From positions 4,960,001 through 5,024,000 of the forward strand of contig OX337229.1 in the NCBI GenBank assembly GCA_946965045.2: 64,000 bases of DNA. The letters run 5' to 3'. Under the pieces are notes generated by a model, which was not told where the DNA came from, did no database searches, and worked only from the letters and a program-made list of their open reading frames with translations. Origin of the DNA: Epithemia pelagica (lineage: Eukaryota > Protista > Bacillariophyta). Position 1 is the first letter of the stretch, and the number at the start of each line of letters is the position of its first letter. Shown piece by piece: positions 11,424 to 22,679 of the stretch. Made by a program: the position numbers and the translations under genes.

Positions 11424-11870
11424 TCAGATGCTGTTCGACTGATCTACTTGTGTTTTGATTTCGGATGGAGGGTGATGGCGTGCCTATGGATGGAAGATCT
11501 TCGGAGATCCAGGATACATTTTGTTTCAAGACTTAAAGAGAAATAAGTCAAATATAGTGAAGCTCTATCAATAATCGATAGTGTAACATTTTTCTACATA
11601 AGCAAGATTTCAATTTGCTTTTAGAAGACTTATTGGTTTGTATTCCAAACATGGACATAGTAGGTCGACAAACGCGTACGTAAATGCAATCAAGCGGCTA
11701 GCGGCCAGACGCGAAAAAATCGTCAGAAATTCATCTCCACATCTCTCTTTCGTAGCGAATACAAAGCTCGCCATTCGTCACAAGAAATGTTCGCGACAAA
11801 GAGCCCACCATCACGTCTGGAGGAAAAGGGAAGGGGAAGAAGAAATCCCCGCTTTATAATCTCTCACAAG

Positions 11871-13085
11871 ATGCTTTCTTTTAGTCGAAGATCCATTCTC
11901 TTTCTCGTGGGTTTGGCACAAGGTGTTCTCTCGTTCCACGTCAATGTTGCCAGTCCAAGAAGTGTTCTCACCAGATTGCATGTTGCATCAGGGGATGCAA
12001 CACAACAAAAGAAGCCAGGTACGGCCAAGCTAGATGTGGCTTGGGAAGATCTGGGATTTGAGTTTCGTCCCACGAATTCCCATGTTCGGGTGACCTACAA
12101 AGAAGGAGAAGGATGGGGAGAACCCGAACTTGTCTCCGATCCCCACATAAATTTACACATTGGAGCTACGTCATTGCATTATGGACAAGCTTGCTTTGAG
12201 GGTCTCAAGGCTTTTTGCCATGCTGACGGAAAGGTTTACATCTTCAGACCGGACGAGAATGCCAAGAGATTGCAAAGCAGCTGTCGTCGAATCATGATGC
12301 CGGAGGTGCCGTCTGAGTTGTTTGTCGATGCCGTCAAACATGCTGTAAGGGACAACATTGAATATGTGCCTCCATATGGCTCTGGAGGAGCTCTGTACAT
12401 TAGGCCTCTTTTGTTCGGTTCTGGCCCCCGTATTGGCTTGCAACCTGCCGACGAGTACACATTTTTGATCATGGTGATTCCTGTGGGTGATTACTACAAG
12501 GGAGGCCTTGCATCCCCCGTCGATTGTTTGGTGATAGAAGATTTCGATCGAGCCGCACCTCGAGGCGTTGGAAGTGTCAAGGTTGCAGGAAACTATGCCG
12601 CTGATCTACTTCCCAACATGCTGTCAAAGAAGAAGGGATACCAAATTGGCCTATACCTTGATGCTGCAACCCAAACATGTGTGGAAGAATTCAGTACCAG
12701 CAATTTTGTCGGCATTGACAATCTCAATAAGCGAGTAATCACACCCAACTCTCCCTCTGTATTGCCAAGTATCACCAACAAATCATTGATGCAAATTGCC
12801 AAGGACAGTGGGTTCAATGTCGAAGCGAGAGCCGTTCCATTTGAGGAGTTGGCCAGTATTGACGAAGTATTGGCTGTGGGTACAGCGGTCGTCGTGACGC
12901 CTGTTGGAAGCGTGACTCGCTTACTCAAGGAACCTGTTCAAAACGGTTCTCAAGAATTGAACGAAATACGGTATGACTATGGTAAGGAAATCGGACCAAC
13001 AACATTGAAGCTCTACGACAAGGTTCGCGCGATTCAAAATGGTGAAGCGGAAGATCTTCATGGATGGAATGTTCCACTTGATTGA
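11871..13085 (+). CDS. BCAT: Branched-chain amino-acid aminotransferase (PLP class IV), probably plastid-targeted
   Basis: LHYGQACFEGLKA, YIRPLLFGSG, PLP lysine in VKVAGNY, EEFSTSNF, LPSITNKSL. Leader MLSFSRRSILFLVGLAQGVLS-F. Confidence 0.92.
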   Translation: MLSFSRRSILFLVGLAQGVLSFHVNVASPRSVLTRLHVASGDATQQKKPGTAKLDVAWEDLGFEFRPTNSHVRVTYKEGEGWGEPELVSDPHINLHIGATSLHYGQACFEGLKAFCHADGKVYIFRPDENAKRLQSSCRRIMMPEVPSELFVDAVKHAVRDNIEYVPPYGSGGALYIRPLLFGSGPRIGLQPADEYTFLIMVIPVGDYYKGGLASPVDCLVIEDFDRAAPRGVGSVKVAGNYAADLLPNMLSKKKGYQIGLYLDAATQTCVEEFSTSNFVGIDNLNKRVITPNSPSVLPSITNKSLMQIAKDSGFNVEARAVPFEELASIDEVLAVGTAVVVTPVGSVTRLLKEPVQNGSQELNEIRYDYGKEIGPTTLKLYDKVRAIQNGEAEDLHGWNVPLD

Positions 13086-13150
13086 ATTCGGAGAAACGAA
13101 TGAAAGGCCCTACATCGCTTCACGGGAAAATGACCAGCTAGAAAAACGTC

Positions 13151-14172
13151 TCAGCTATTAGCACTCATGAATGAGTCAAATGATTCATACTTTGGCTTCC
13201 AATTCTGCAGAGTATGAGTAGTCGAACAATCGTAGGTCTTTCCTGTCGGTGTGCCAGTTGAAGGAGTAGAAAACTTGGGCATTGCCTCGTCGCGATAGAC
13301 AGCAGCTTTGAGCGAGCTTTCGCAAATTTCTTTTCGCGTTATTGGATGGCTGTCGCTGACCAGGAATACCTTACCACTGCACTTCTCTGGTCCTGCTTTG
13401 ACAGCAGATAGGCAGGCCCCGGCAGCGTCATCGTAGTGTACCTGGTTGATGAGACCGTCAGGGCTACTCGCAATCTCTTTGCCACTGGTAATCCAGTAGT
13501 TGTGCGCTCCTCTTTGCAAATTGTAGAGTCCAGACAACCGTAGACACGTACCACCTGCCTGCAAACATGCTTGTTCAGCGTTGACCAAACGCTCAACGCG
13601 AGGATTTCCAGTCCCAGAAGCTACGGGGCTCACTTCCGAAACCACACCCGAATCCTGGGTATACCTACGAAAAGCCAACAAAGTTGAGAACATGAACTGG
13701 CCAAAACAACAAACAAAAGGAACGGAAATACTCACACTGCTCCACTGCTTGTAAAAACAAACACTCCTCCAGCCTCTGGCCCGGCCCATACAGAATCGGC
13801 AGTGTCCTGAACAGCTTTCGGATAATCGTCAAAACCGGAGGGAGGCGCACAAAACACCACATTGTCAAATTTCGTTTTGCTCGAGTCAACTTCATCTGAT
13901 ACCTTTAGTTCAAAACGAGTATCAACAACGTCCTTGTCCACATCCGACAGTATCTCTTCAAGGATTGCCTTGTGCCGATTGTTGGTTTTCGTGACGCCTG
14001 TAACCTTGACATGAGCGAGCGAAGGGTCTTTGAGAATCTGACGACAAAGACTTGTCCCCAACACACCTGTCCCCACGACTGCGCATGACTGAGACGGAAC
14101 CGACAACCCCTCCGCCATGGATGATAGAAGCAAGCCGAGACGAAGAACGAAGTTTGCTCGATCCACAATCAT
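13151..14172 (-). CDS. NAD(P)-binding Rossmann-fold atypical SDR/epimerase (YeeZ-like); intron 13665-13735
   Basis: VVGTGVLGTSL, VVFCAPPS, FTSSGAV-YTQ (joined across a GT..AG intron), LRLSGLYN, NQVHYDDAA. Confidence 0.85.
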
Positions 14173-14668
14173 CGCGGTACGATATCTCTATTCTGTGAAT
14201 GGGACGAGGCAATGAAGATTTGACCGGTCGCATTTACTTTGAGAAACCAAACAAATCTGACGTCATCGGGCATTTGTTCGCGACTGAAGAAAGCTACCTT
14301 CCCCAATCGAAACTACCCTACTCGCCTATCTCGAGAATCGGTAGCAGAGGTGTTGTCCTCTCGTACTCCTAGCCTAGGACTATGATTATTTGTAATGACG
14401 TGATCCTAATGACCTATTGTACAATGAATGGTAGAAAGGAGCCTTTGTTCTAATCTGTAATAAGCTGCGAAATTGTCAAGGGCACAGACCTGTGTCAGTT
14501 ACTCTGACCATATATCTTCAGCGGCCAGAGGGACCATTATCAAGAAGGGACAGGTTCTTCCTTTCCACCACCCACAGATTGCATCAGAGCGTAGTCTATT
14601 AAAAATTGTTAGGTGGAAGTAAACTGCAAGTATGCTCCATTTCATCGAATCCGTCATTTGTCGAAGTT

Positions 14669-15828
14669 TTACTTGCTCTTTTTGGTGTCTTGCAGTGCTG
14701 CTTGATATAATTTCGCAACTTCTTCGTTCTTCTCTTTCCGTGCAGTTTCAATCGGTGTATTTCCTTCCTTGTCTTTGACACTCAACTGCTCAATGTCAGT
14801 GCATAGTTCTTTGGCCGCTTCGAGGTTCCCATGGAACCCTGCCCAATGACATGCGGTCCACCCCTCCTTGTCGACAAGCGCTGGGTCAGCCCCGAGTTGT
14901 CTGAGTTTCTGAATGCTACTCACACAATCAGGAACACAGAGTCCAGCTAGAATCATGAGAGGCGTCCAACTATCTTCTTTTGTTTGGTAGTTGCAATTTT
15001 TCTTTGTCAAGGCCGCCTTGAGTTCTGTCAGATCGGCTTTGACCCCTGCGTCCCACGTATCTAGCAAAATGGTCTCAAAGGACTTGCTTCCCGATCTGGC
15101 TTCACTACTGTTGGTAACACTTCTTACAACAGGGTTTCCCTTGTCGTCGACAATCTCGTCGTCAGCGGTCAGCTCGGAAGCCGACTTTTCTTCAAAGATT
15201 TTGTCTTCCTCCCTTATTCCATTTCCCAACAGTAATGCTTTTACGAGCGGGTTCTCCGCCAAGTTCAGCGGGGCCATAATAGTTTGGATCGCAACTCCAG
15301 TAATCATTCCATTGTAGAAATGCAAACCCAATGTCATGGCAATGCCAAATAGCGTGGATCCAACCAATGACCTCGCCTGTGACAAAACATGAGCGCCAAA
15401 TTCAATTTCAATGTATTTCTTTTTGGCATCGGGGTCGGCAAAAGGCTATGCGATCAGCAACACAACATGAAGCCAAATTTTGTGGCAGAAAAAATACACA
15501 AAATACCGAAAGACAAACTTCCAGTGAGCGATAGGATCACAAAAAATATTCCAATGATGCATCTCCTGTTTCCTGTTTGTCATGCCTGCTACCCTATCGG
15601 AAAGGCACTTGTATCACGTACCATCGCGGGTGGAGGAACGTAAACAATGTTGGATTTTTTCGAAGCACTCGAGGATTGCACGTAAACGTAGGCAACAATC
15701 AACACACAGGCCGTCTGAATAACGGCGTAGGCCACCCGAAGCCAGTAGATGATATTGGGGTCTTCGGCATCAATCTTCCGCGCCGCGAACATCACGGGAA
15801 GCAATACGAACATTTTATTGAACTGCAT
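14669..15828 (-). CDS. PHO88/SND3-like membrane protein with C-terminal ankyrin repeats; intron 15446-15621
   Basis: N-terminal KIDAEDPNIIYWLRVAY and GIAMTLGLHFYNGMITGVAIQTIMAPLNL resemble PHO88. Ankyrin motifs WTPLM, DKEGWTACHWA and DKEGNTPI. The splice restores the frame (PPPAM-PFADP). Confidence 0.8.
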
Positions 15829-16130
15829 GATGGAAATTTGATTTGTTGTTGCTGTCGTTTTCTCGTTTGTTTTGTTTCTCTTGGATGGCAAAGAGTCTTT
15901 ATGTTCCACGAAGCAAGATGAATATGAATGAAATACATAGTCTATGGGGCCGGTGGAATCTCTCCGCCGCCAACCGCCAACGCCAAACACCAACGCCAAC
16001 GATGGACTCTCCGTCCGCCGTCCGTCGTCCGGAATCTATGGGCTCTCTATACGCTAGCTGGGAGTAGACTAGCTACGGATGTATCCTCGCAAAGCCCAAC
16101 TGCGGTGCAACACTTCATCCGAAATTCGCC

Positions 16131-17588
16131 ATGTCGACGAAAGCACTCTTTGGAGACGACGACGATGATGATGATGACGATGACGACGAGGAGATGCCTC
16201 GGAAGGAGGGATCACAGGTGAAAGAAACCGCACCGGCAAATGAGAAACCGAGTGAAGCCGAAAAAGAACAAGAAGAAGAGAAGAACGATGACACAAAACC
16301 AGCCAGCGATGATAAAACCAAGAAAAAGACTGGAATCTTTGCCGACAGTGACGAAGATGACGAGGATGACGCTGAATTTGATGACAAAGGCGCGGTGGTA
16401 GGCCTTCCGTCAAAGACAATTGCTGGAACAAAACTTCAAGACACTACACCTACTACTTCAAGGTTAGAGTCAGTGCGATCAGACGATGAAGAGGACGGAG
16501 ATGGTGAAACCACAAAAATGGAGGTTGATCGCTCTCCACCGGCCAAGAGGCGACCCACAGTTGATAAGCGCTCTTTGGTGTTTCCGCAGGTGAAAAAACC
16601 TGGTAAAAACACTTCACTTTATATCACCAAGCTTCCAAACTTGATCGGGATAAAAACCGGTGCTTTTGATCCGAAAAAATATTACCCGGAGATTGAAGAG
16701 GAGGATTATGGGCCTTCCGCTGTGCATAATCTTATTAGATGGAGGTATAAGAGAGATTCGACGGGAAACCTGCTACGGGATGAGAATGAGGCGCTCCAAA
16801 GGGAGTCAAACACGCGTCTTGTGGAATGGGCAGATGGATCCTGGACTTTGCATGTGGGGACGGAAACTTTTGAGGTAGAACCAAACGACAACTCAACCGC
16901 AGATGGATTTGCAGGTTTAAATGGATACACTTATTTGTCTCAGCCTGCAACTATATCTGTTGACGGTGATACAAATGGAGAAGGACAGCCAGCTGGCACA
17001 GTCTTGGAATGTTTTGGAAAAATCTCTTCTCGTATGACGGCCCGTCCATCGTCTTTGCAATCCGAGGCCCACAAGTCCTTGACCGTTGCTGTACGACAAC
17101 GAACAATTAAAAAGGCACGTATTGCAGAAATTGCAACGGCAGAGGATCCCGAAAAACTCAAGCAAGAACGGATCCGTCTCAAGTCGGATCTCGAAAAGGC
17201 TTCGGCGGCGAAACGAAAATCCGGCGGAGGTGGTGGCGGCGGCGGAGGACGTCGTGCCCGCATGTCGCGACGATATTTGGAAGAAGACGAGGACGATGAT
17301 GTCTACGACACCATCAACATCGGGGCTGAAAAACGACGGATGCGAGAAGATGATTTTGATGATTACGGGGATGATGATGACGACGACGAAGATCTGGAAG
17401 CTGACGAGACATTTAACGCTAGACGTCCGACCAAGCGAGGACGTAAAGAAGTGGAGGAAGAGGAAGTCAAAGCAGACGAGGAAGGCGAAGATGAGGACGA
17501 AGACGATGAAGAAGAAGACGCACCGATGGTCAAGAGCAAGAAACCAGCCCGCCGTGCCGTGTTGGATGACGACGATGAATCGGAGTAA
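16131..17588 (+). CDS. LEO1: RNA polymerase-associated protein LEO1 (Paf1 complex)
   Basis: KLPNLIGIKTGAFDP, NLIRWRYKRD and ESNTRLVEWADGSWTLHVG form the Leo1 core, flanked by acidic low-complexity regions. Confidence 0.9.
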   Translation: MSTKALFGDDDDDDDDDDDEEMPRKEGSQVKETAPANEKPSEAEKEQEEEKNDDTKPASDDKTKKKTGIFADSDEDDEDDAEFDDKGAVVGLPSKTIAGTKLQDTTPTTSRLESVRSDDEEDGDGETTKMEVDRSPPAKRRPTVDKRSLVFPQVKKPGKNTSLYITKLPNLIGIKTGAFDPKKYYPEIEEEDYGPSAVHNLIRWRYKRDSTGNLLRDENEALQRESNTRLVEWADGSWTLHVGTETFEVEPNDNSTADGFAGLNGYTYLSQPATISVDGDTNGEGQPAGTVLECFGKISSRMTARPSSLQSEAHKSLTVAVRQRTIKKARIAEIATAEDPEKLKQERIRLKSDLEKASAAKRKSGGGGGGGGGRRARMSRRYLEEDEDDDVYDTINIGAEKRRMREDDFDDYGDDDDDDEDLEADETFNARRPTKRGRKEVEEEEVKADEEGEDEDEDDEEEDAPMVKSKKPARRAVLDDDDESE

Positions 17589-17864
17589 TACAGAAGGTGC
17601 TTTATGATATTGCAAGAAGCCTTATACCCCTGTCGAAGACTCCCCTAAGTTAGCTGATGTCTTTGTCTCAGATTTAGTCGGCTTTTGTACAGCTCGGGGT
17701 GGAACATAAGGTAATTGATATAACCGATCCTGAGAAGCAGAATTTCTAGTGTCTCCAGTCCATAGAGATTTGTGGCCTGATACTGTCTCAACACTCTCCC
17801 CGAGCGAGAATCAAATCACCACGAACGAGATCTAGTAAACCTTTATTTTAACCAACGTAAAAAA

Positions 17865-19864
17865 TCACATAGAGTTCTCGAAACTCGGTATTTCGGTTGC
17901 CCAGCCAGGCCTATCCGGGAGAGTTTTGTAAACTTCTTGTAATTTTGCCGTTATAGGTCCTCTTTTCCCTTCCCCAATCACACGACCATCGATTTTCGTC
18001 ACCGGTGTCAACTCACCCATAGTTCCGGTTGTGAACACTTCGTCTGCAGAATGAAACTCTGCCAAGCTCACTCGACGGACGTCGCAGGTTATTCCTATCT
18101 CGGCAGCGAGGACTATTACGGACGCCCTCGTAATTCCGGGCAGGCAATGATCCGCATGAGGGGTGATAAGTACTCCATCATCCACCATGAAAATATTGGT
18201 GGCGTTTGTTTCTGAGACATAGCCTTCTAAGTCAAGCATGATAGCGTCTTCACACCCTGCCAAGTTTGCCTGAATCTTGGGAAGAATATTGTTGATCATG
18301 TTGTTGTGATGTATTTTGGAATCCACAACCTGTGGAGAGTTTCTTCGTTGAGACGCAGAGATGAGTGATATTCCTTGTGTGTTATCGTACGTCGTTGCTC
18401 CTTCCGTTGGTTTCCACTCTGGGAGAATAATGAGTGTGGTTCCGTACACGTTGAACTTAGGATTCATACTACTCGTGCATTTCTCGCCTCGCTGGGGAAT
18501 GAAAGACGAGACAGATCAGATGACCTTGGGCCCCAAAGTCATTTCACTCAACACGACATCTGCTTACCGTCAGAGTCAATCTCATATGGGCACCATCGCG
18601 CATACCATTTGCAGCGAGTGTGCGAAAAATGGCCTCCACAATCTCCTCTTTGCTGTGTACATTTTCAAAACCTAGAGCTTTAGCGGACTTGAAGAGTCGG
18701 CGCAGATGTTTCTCCAAAAGGAGAATCTTCCCAGAATAAATTCTGATTCCTTCCCAAGTAGCATCGCCTCCTTGTACGGAAGAATCCCAGGGGTTCACTC
18801 CGGCCATGTCCCTGGGGTACAACCTACCGCGCCCTGGCGCACCAATCCATACAAGTAAATCAGCATTTCGTGGATCTTCGTAGATATCCTTCTTAGGTGG
18901 TCCTCGTCGGTCATATCCGTCTGTCAATCTGCGAAGAAACTCATAAGCAGGGAAAGACGCTTGTAGCGCCGGAGCGAGACGTGGGTCCAGGGTTCTGTAA
19001 CGAAGTTTCCGTACATCTGTTTCATGAAGCTTGATTGTCCAGCCTGTCGATTTATGGACATCAGCATACCACCTAAAAACGTTTCAGGATATTGACTCAT
19101 ATAGACACACCATGACAAAGTAGAACTCTTTATACATACCATGAAGCCCACGGTCCATCACAACGGTGTTTCCCAGATTCCCATGTGAGCATAGTATCCC
19201 TGTATTCAATATCCAAGTCAGAGCATATGGTTGCCAATACGCCTGGTGGATCGTCTGCTAAGTCATCAGAGTCCAGAACAATAACAGACTTTCCATCAGC
19301 CGCCTTGTCATGGCCTGGCGATTGTGGTCTGCTTTGAATTGCTGAGTAGATAGAAAGCAAGGGAACAATGCCAACTTCATCAGGAGTAGCTACATTTCCA
19401 TGGTTGGAAGCAGCTGCACCCCACGACGACAAGACCGCAACTGGATCTCGAATGAGCAGAACATGCTTGTGCTCGAAGGTAACTTTCAGCTCTTCGTTGG
19501 CACTCAACTCTTTCTCGAAGTTGTACAGAAACGAGTGCTTTGCCATGTGCTTGCAGAAGACCACACCACCAGTATCAGGGAGAGTCCTTGCAGCTTCGAC
19601 AAGACGTTCCTCAAGGCTGAGGAGCTCCCGGCGCCAGGTGGCTGATTCTTCCTCTGAAGCTCCGTCAGGAGGTGTTCCATCAATGAAATTGTCACGATAG
19701 GGTCGAGCGACGGCATCTCCTCGCTGGATCAACCATTCTCTGTACAATGGCTCATCCACGGCTAAAGTATCTTTGGCACCCCGAGCTTCAAAACTGTAGA
19801 GTAGTGCGGTCGATCGACTTCGAGGTGCAGACCAACAATGTACAACAACTACCGACTTTGTCAT
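17865..19864 (-). CDS. Sulfotransferase-like P-loop domain fused to PLP class IV aminotransferase (BCAT-like protein); introns 19073-19139 and 18492-18567
   Basis: N-domain WSAPRSRSTALLYSF, DEPLY, LLIRDPVAVLSSW, GPWAS-WWYADVHKSTG. C-domain WEGIRIY, KIHHNN, SETNATNIF, LPGITR, EVFTTGTMGEL. Both introns are GT..AG and restore the frame. Confidence 0.9.
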
Positions 19865-20242
19865 GGTTGTAATTTTACCAACAAGCTTTCTATTCTCGAA
19901 GCAAAAATAACCGAAGATCTTTGCGAATTTGGGGCTAGCTCAACTATGACTAATGACTATACGCTCCAAAGCTACGCCGATATTCCTAATCATACTCCTA
20001 GAGTGGTAGGAGAAACAGGAATACATCGATCGGATAATCCAAACAAGCCCCGAGAAATGATATTATTATCGCCTTTTCCTCATGTACTCGATAGTGATGC
20101 AAGTAGAATCGATTGGTCAAGAAATAAGCGTATGGGTGTGGACATTGATTTTCAATTGTTTCCAGAAAGTTCGATGACAAATAGAATTATGTAGACACAA
20201 CTTCAATCTTTCAACATATCACATCACAGAAAAGCCAAGAAC

Positions 20243-21136
20243 TCACTCATCTTCCGAGTCTGGGGAGGCGGTTGTCTCGGTTTCGTGAGATTTCAAAGAA
20301 AACCCATCGCTGTCGCGGATAGGATTTTCTGAACGCCTGCGATGGATAACTCGCTTCGGTGCTCGAGATTGTTCCTCATTACTCTTCCATGACTGCATAC
20401 TCATCTCACTACATCCACTCTTAGAGCGCGTTAAGCCCTTGCGACGGTCGCTTGGAGCAGCCACAGTCACTGTCTGCTCGAAGCCAAATGTTTTGACCGG
20501 ACCAAAACCGTCCTCTTCCGCATCATCTTCTTGTGGAGCAGTAGTCGACAAGGCACTGTCCAAAGACTGCCGACGCGTTTTGGCACTTCGAACCTTTTTC
20601 TTTTTTTTCTTATCATCAGCACTATCATCTTTCGACGCTTGTTGAAAGGAGTCATCCACCGAGTCGTTCTCGGTATCTGACTTGTTTCCCTTTAGCCTCG
20701 AGTCCATTGAATGCCTTCGCGACCGTCCTTTCGAGGACCTTTTAGGCGCAGCATCTCCTCCATTGTCCCAGTCGATTGCTTCGAATTCCATATCATCGTC
20801 CTTATTCTCTTTCTCAGAGGCAAAATCAGCCATTGAGAGGGACAAGGTGCCCACGGAAGCAGACCTCGAAGGCATTGCCCGTCGTACTTTGGCGGAAACG
20901 TTCTTTTTCTCAACTGACTTCTCACCCTTTGCGTCTACTGCAAACGGATCAAAGGACTTCTTATGGTCTCCTGAATCTTTCTTCTTGTCCATTACGGACA
21001 TCACAGATTCGGTGTTCGAGCCATCAAATGGATCAAAAGCATCCGACGATTCCGATTTAAGGATATTGCGTTCTGATGCGCGGCGACCAGGACCAGCGCT
21101 GCTTCTTCTCCGAGGTTTGTCCAGAGCCTGAACCAT
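20243..21136 (-). CDS. Hydrophilic disordered hypothetical protein
   Basis: 297-aa ATG-initiated ORF, S/K/D-rich, with RRxS motifs. No recognised domain. Confidence 0.65.
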   Translation of the reverse strand: MVQALDKPRRRSSAGPGRRASERNILKSESSDAFDPFDGSNTESVMSVMDKKKDSGDHKKSFDPFAVDAKGEKSVEKKNVSAKVRRAMPSRSASVGTLSLSMADFASEKENKDDDMEFEAIDWDNGGDAAPKRSSKGRSRRHSMDSRLKGNKSDTENDSVDDSFQQASKDDSADDKKKKKKVRSAKTRRQSLDSALSTTAPQEDDAEEDGFGPVKTFGFEQTVTVAAPSDRRKGLTRSKSGCSEMSMQSWKSNEEQSRAPKRVIHRRRSENPIRDSDGFSLKSHETETTASPDSEDE

Positions 21137-21879
21137 GTTGACAATTCAAATGCAGTTGTGATCTCGACAAGGTATCAAACAACTCAGCTTTAGACAACGT
21201 CGAAGTCAAACAGAGATGAAAGCCTGGCCTTGGGCTTAAGGAGATGAAGCAAACCGGTTGGGACTATGAATGGTTTTACTATCCTCAATATAGTAGAGAA
21301 ACTACAACTCGTAAAGTGGTGGCAGGGTTCAGCTTTAAGATTTACTGTAGTCCCCAAATTAATGACCACATGCACACAATAGTATTGTGGGAATAGTTCT
21401 GTAGGTGACATTCAAGTGACCGGTTGTGATTATCCCAACCAGACTTGTTGGCATTCTAATCGCAGAAATCTCTTTTGCGGTCGATCTTGGAGGCTAGCAC
21501 GGCTACCCAAGATACTATCCATTGGCAGGATTGAGTATGGAGTACTCCTATGTTTAGCTTTTTGATATACATGGCCGGGAAGAATTCGATCAATCCGGAC
21601 CATGACACAGCGTCCTTTATATCCGCAACTGCAGTTTCTGGAGCAGAAACCAGAAGCCAGAAAGCCAGAAAAACGATATTATAATCCATAGACTCATTTT
21701 GATTTCTTCCTGTTGACGATGGGAATTGGGAATCCCTGTCCCGTGCGGACTACGGACGGACGACACGACAGCAAATCGAGTCAGTCATCAGTGTCCGTCC
21801 CACCAAAAAATCGCTGAAGCCGAAGGAAGGAGATTCGAACCTCCAACGTTCACCATCTCTTCAACGATGCTACAAAGAG

Positions 21880-22557
21880 GTGATTTTGATGAAGTCAAAC
21901 ATGGACCTTGAGCACCAAAACACGAAAGAAACCTTGCTGGATCCAGAGAAAGCTACTCATCCCGCTCCTCCATTCGGCCGCCGTCGTAGGCGGAGACACA
22001 GAATCCCCTTCTGTCAAGAGTGTTCCTCTCCTCCATCAATGCAAGTTGTCGATGCATTCAAATTCAATGATGGAAAGGAGGCTTCTTTTGGTTTGTTGCT
22101 CTCCGCTTCATTCTCCTGGCGTGAGAATCTGTTGAAGGTATCAAACTTCGCCTCGCTACTTTGTGTTTTGGACTGTACAGTACTTCCATTGGTTACTGTG
22201 ATACTTCCACTTTTTGGAGCAGTGACGAGCTCAACGGAGTTCTTGCAAGATTTGGGACATGAAATGGCCTTTTTCTTTGTTATACCAGTCGGTGGTCTGG
22301 CCACAACCTTGAACTACACTAACCACAGAAAGATGTGGATAGCAACATTGGGTTATCTGGGTTTACTTGGTATACTTGCAGCAAGTGCAGGATGCGAGTC
22401 TCCGAAGGGTATCCCTGGACCAATAGGAAAGTTTGTCCATGGATGGCTTCATCGTGTCGCTAACGTTACTGGATGTACACTGCTGCTATTCTCCAATTTC
22501 ATGTCTAGACGTCAAAAAGGTTGTTGCACGGATCCGTCTTGTGCCCACACTAGATAA
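21880..22557 (+). CDS. MerC-family membrane protein
   Basis: ASLLCVLDCTVLP (CxxxC in TM1), VIPVGGLATTLNYTNH, four hydrophobic segments and a C-terminal CCTDPSCAH. The true start may be downstream. Confidence 0.75.
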   Translation: MILMKSNMDLEHQNTKETLLDPEKATHPAPPFGRRRRRRHRIPFCQECSSPPSMQVVDAFKFNDGKEASFGLLLSASFSWRENLLKVSNFASLLCVLDCTVLPLVTVILPLFGAVTSSTEFLQDLGHEMAFFFVIPVGGLATTLNYTNHRKMWIATLGYLGLLGILAASAGCESPKGIPGPIGKFVHGWLHRVANVTGCTLLLFSNFMSRRQKGCCTDPSCAHTR

Positions 22558-22679
22558 CAGGTAACCCTGGACCTGACATGTAACCAGTTGTAGACGCATT
22601 TTAAAGAAGTTTTTTTTACGTCCCAATAACGGTGCCTTTACACCAATCCGCAAACAGCAGACTTGAGAGAAGTTTGTGG

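Noticed and set aside
16917-17615. 232-aa hydrophobic antisense ORF
   Set aside because: It is the shadow of the acidic GAT/GAA-rich LEO1 coding strand.
21826-21880. GGTTCGAATC B-box/T-loop-like motif on the minus strand
   Set aside because: No acceptor stem, D-arm or anticodon arm can be built around it, so it is not a tRNA.
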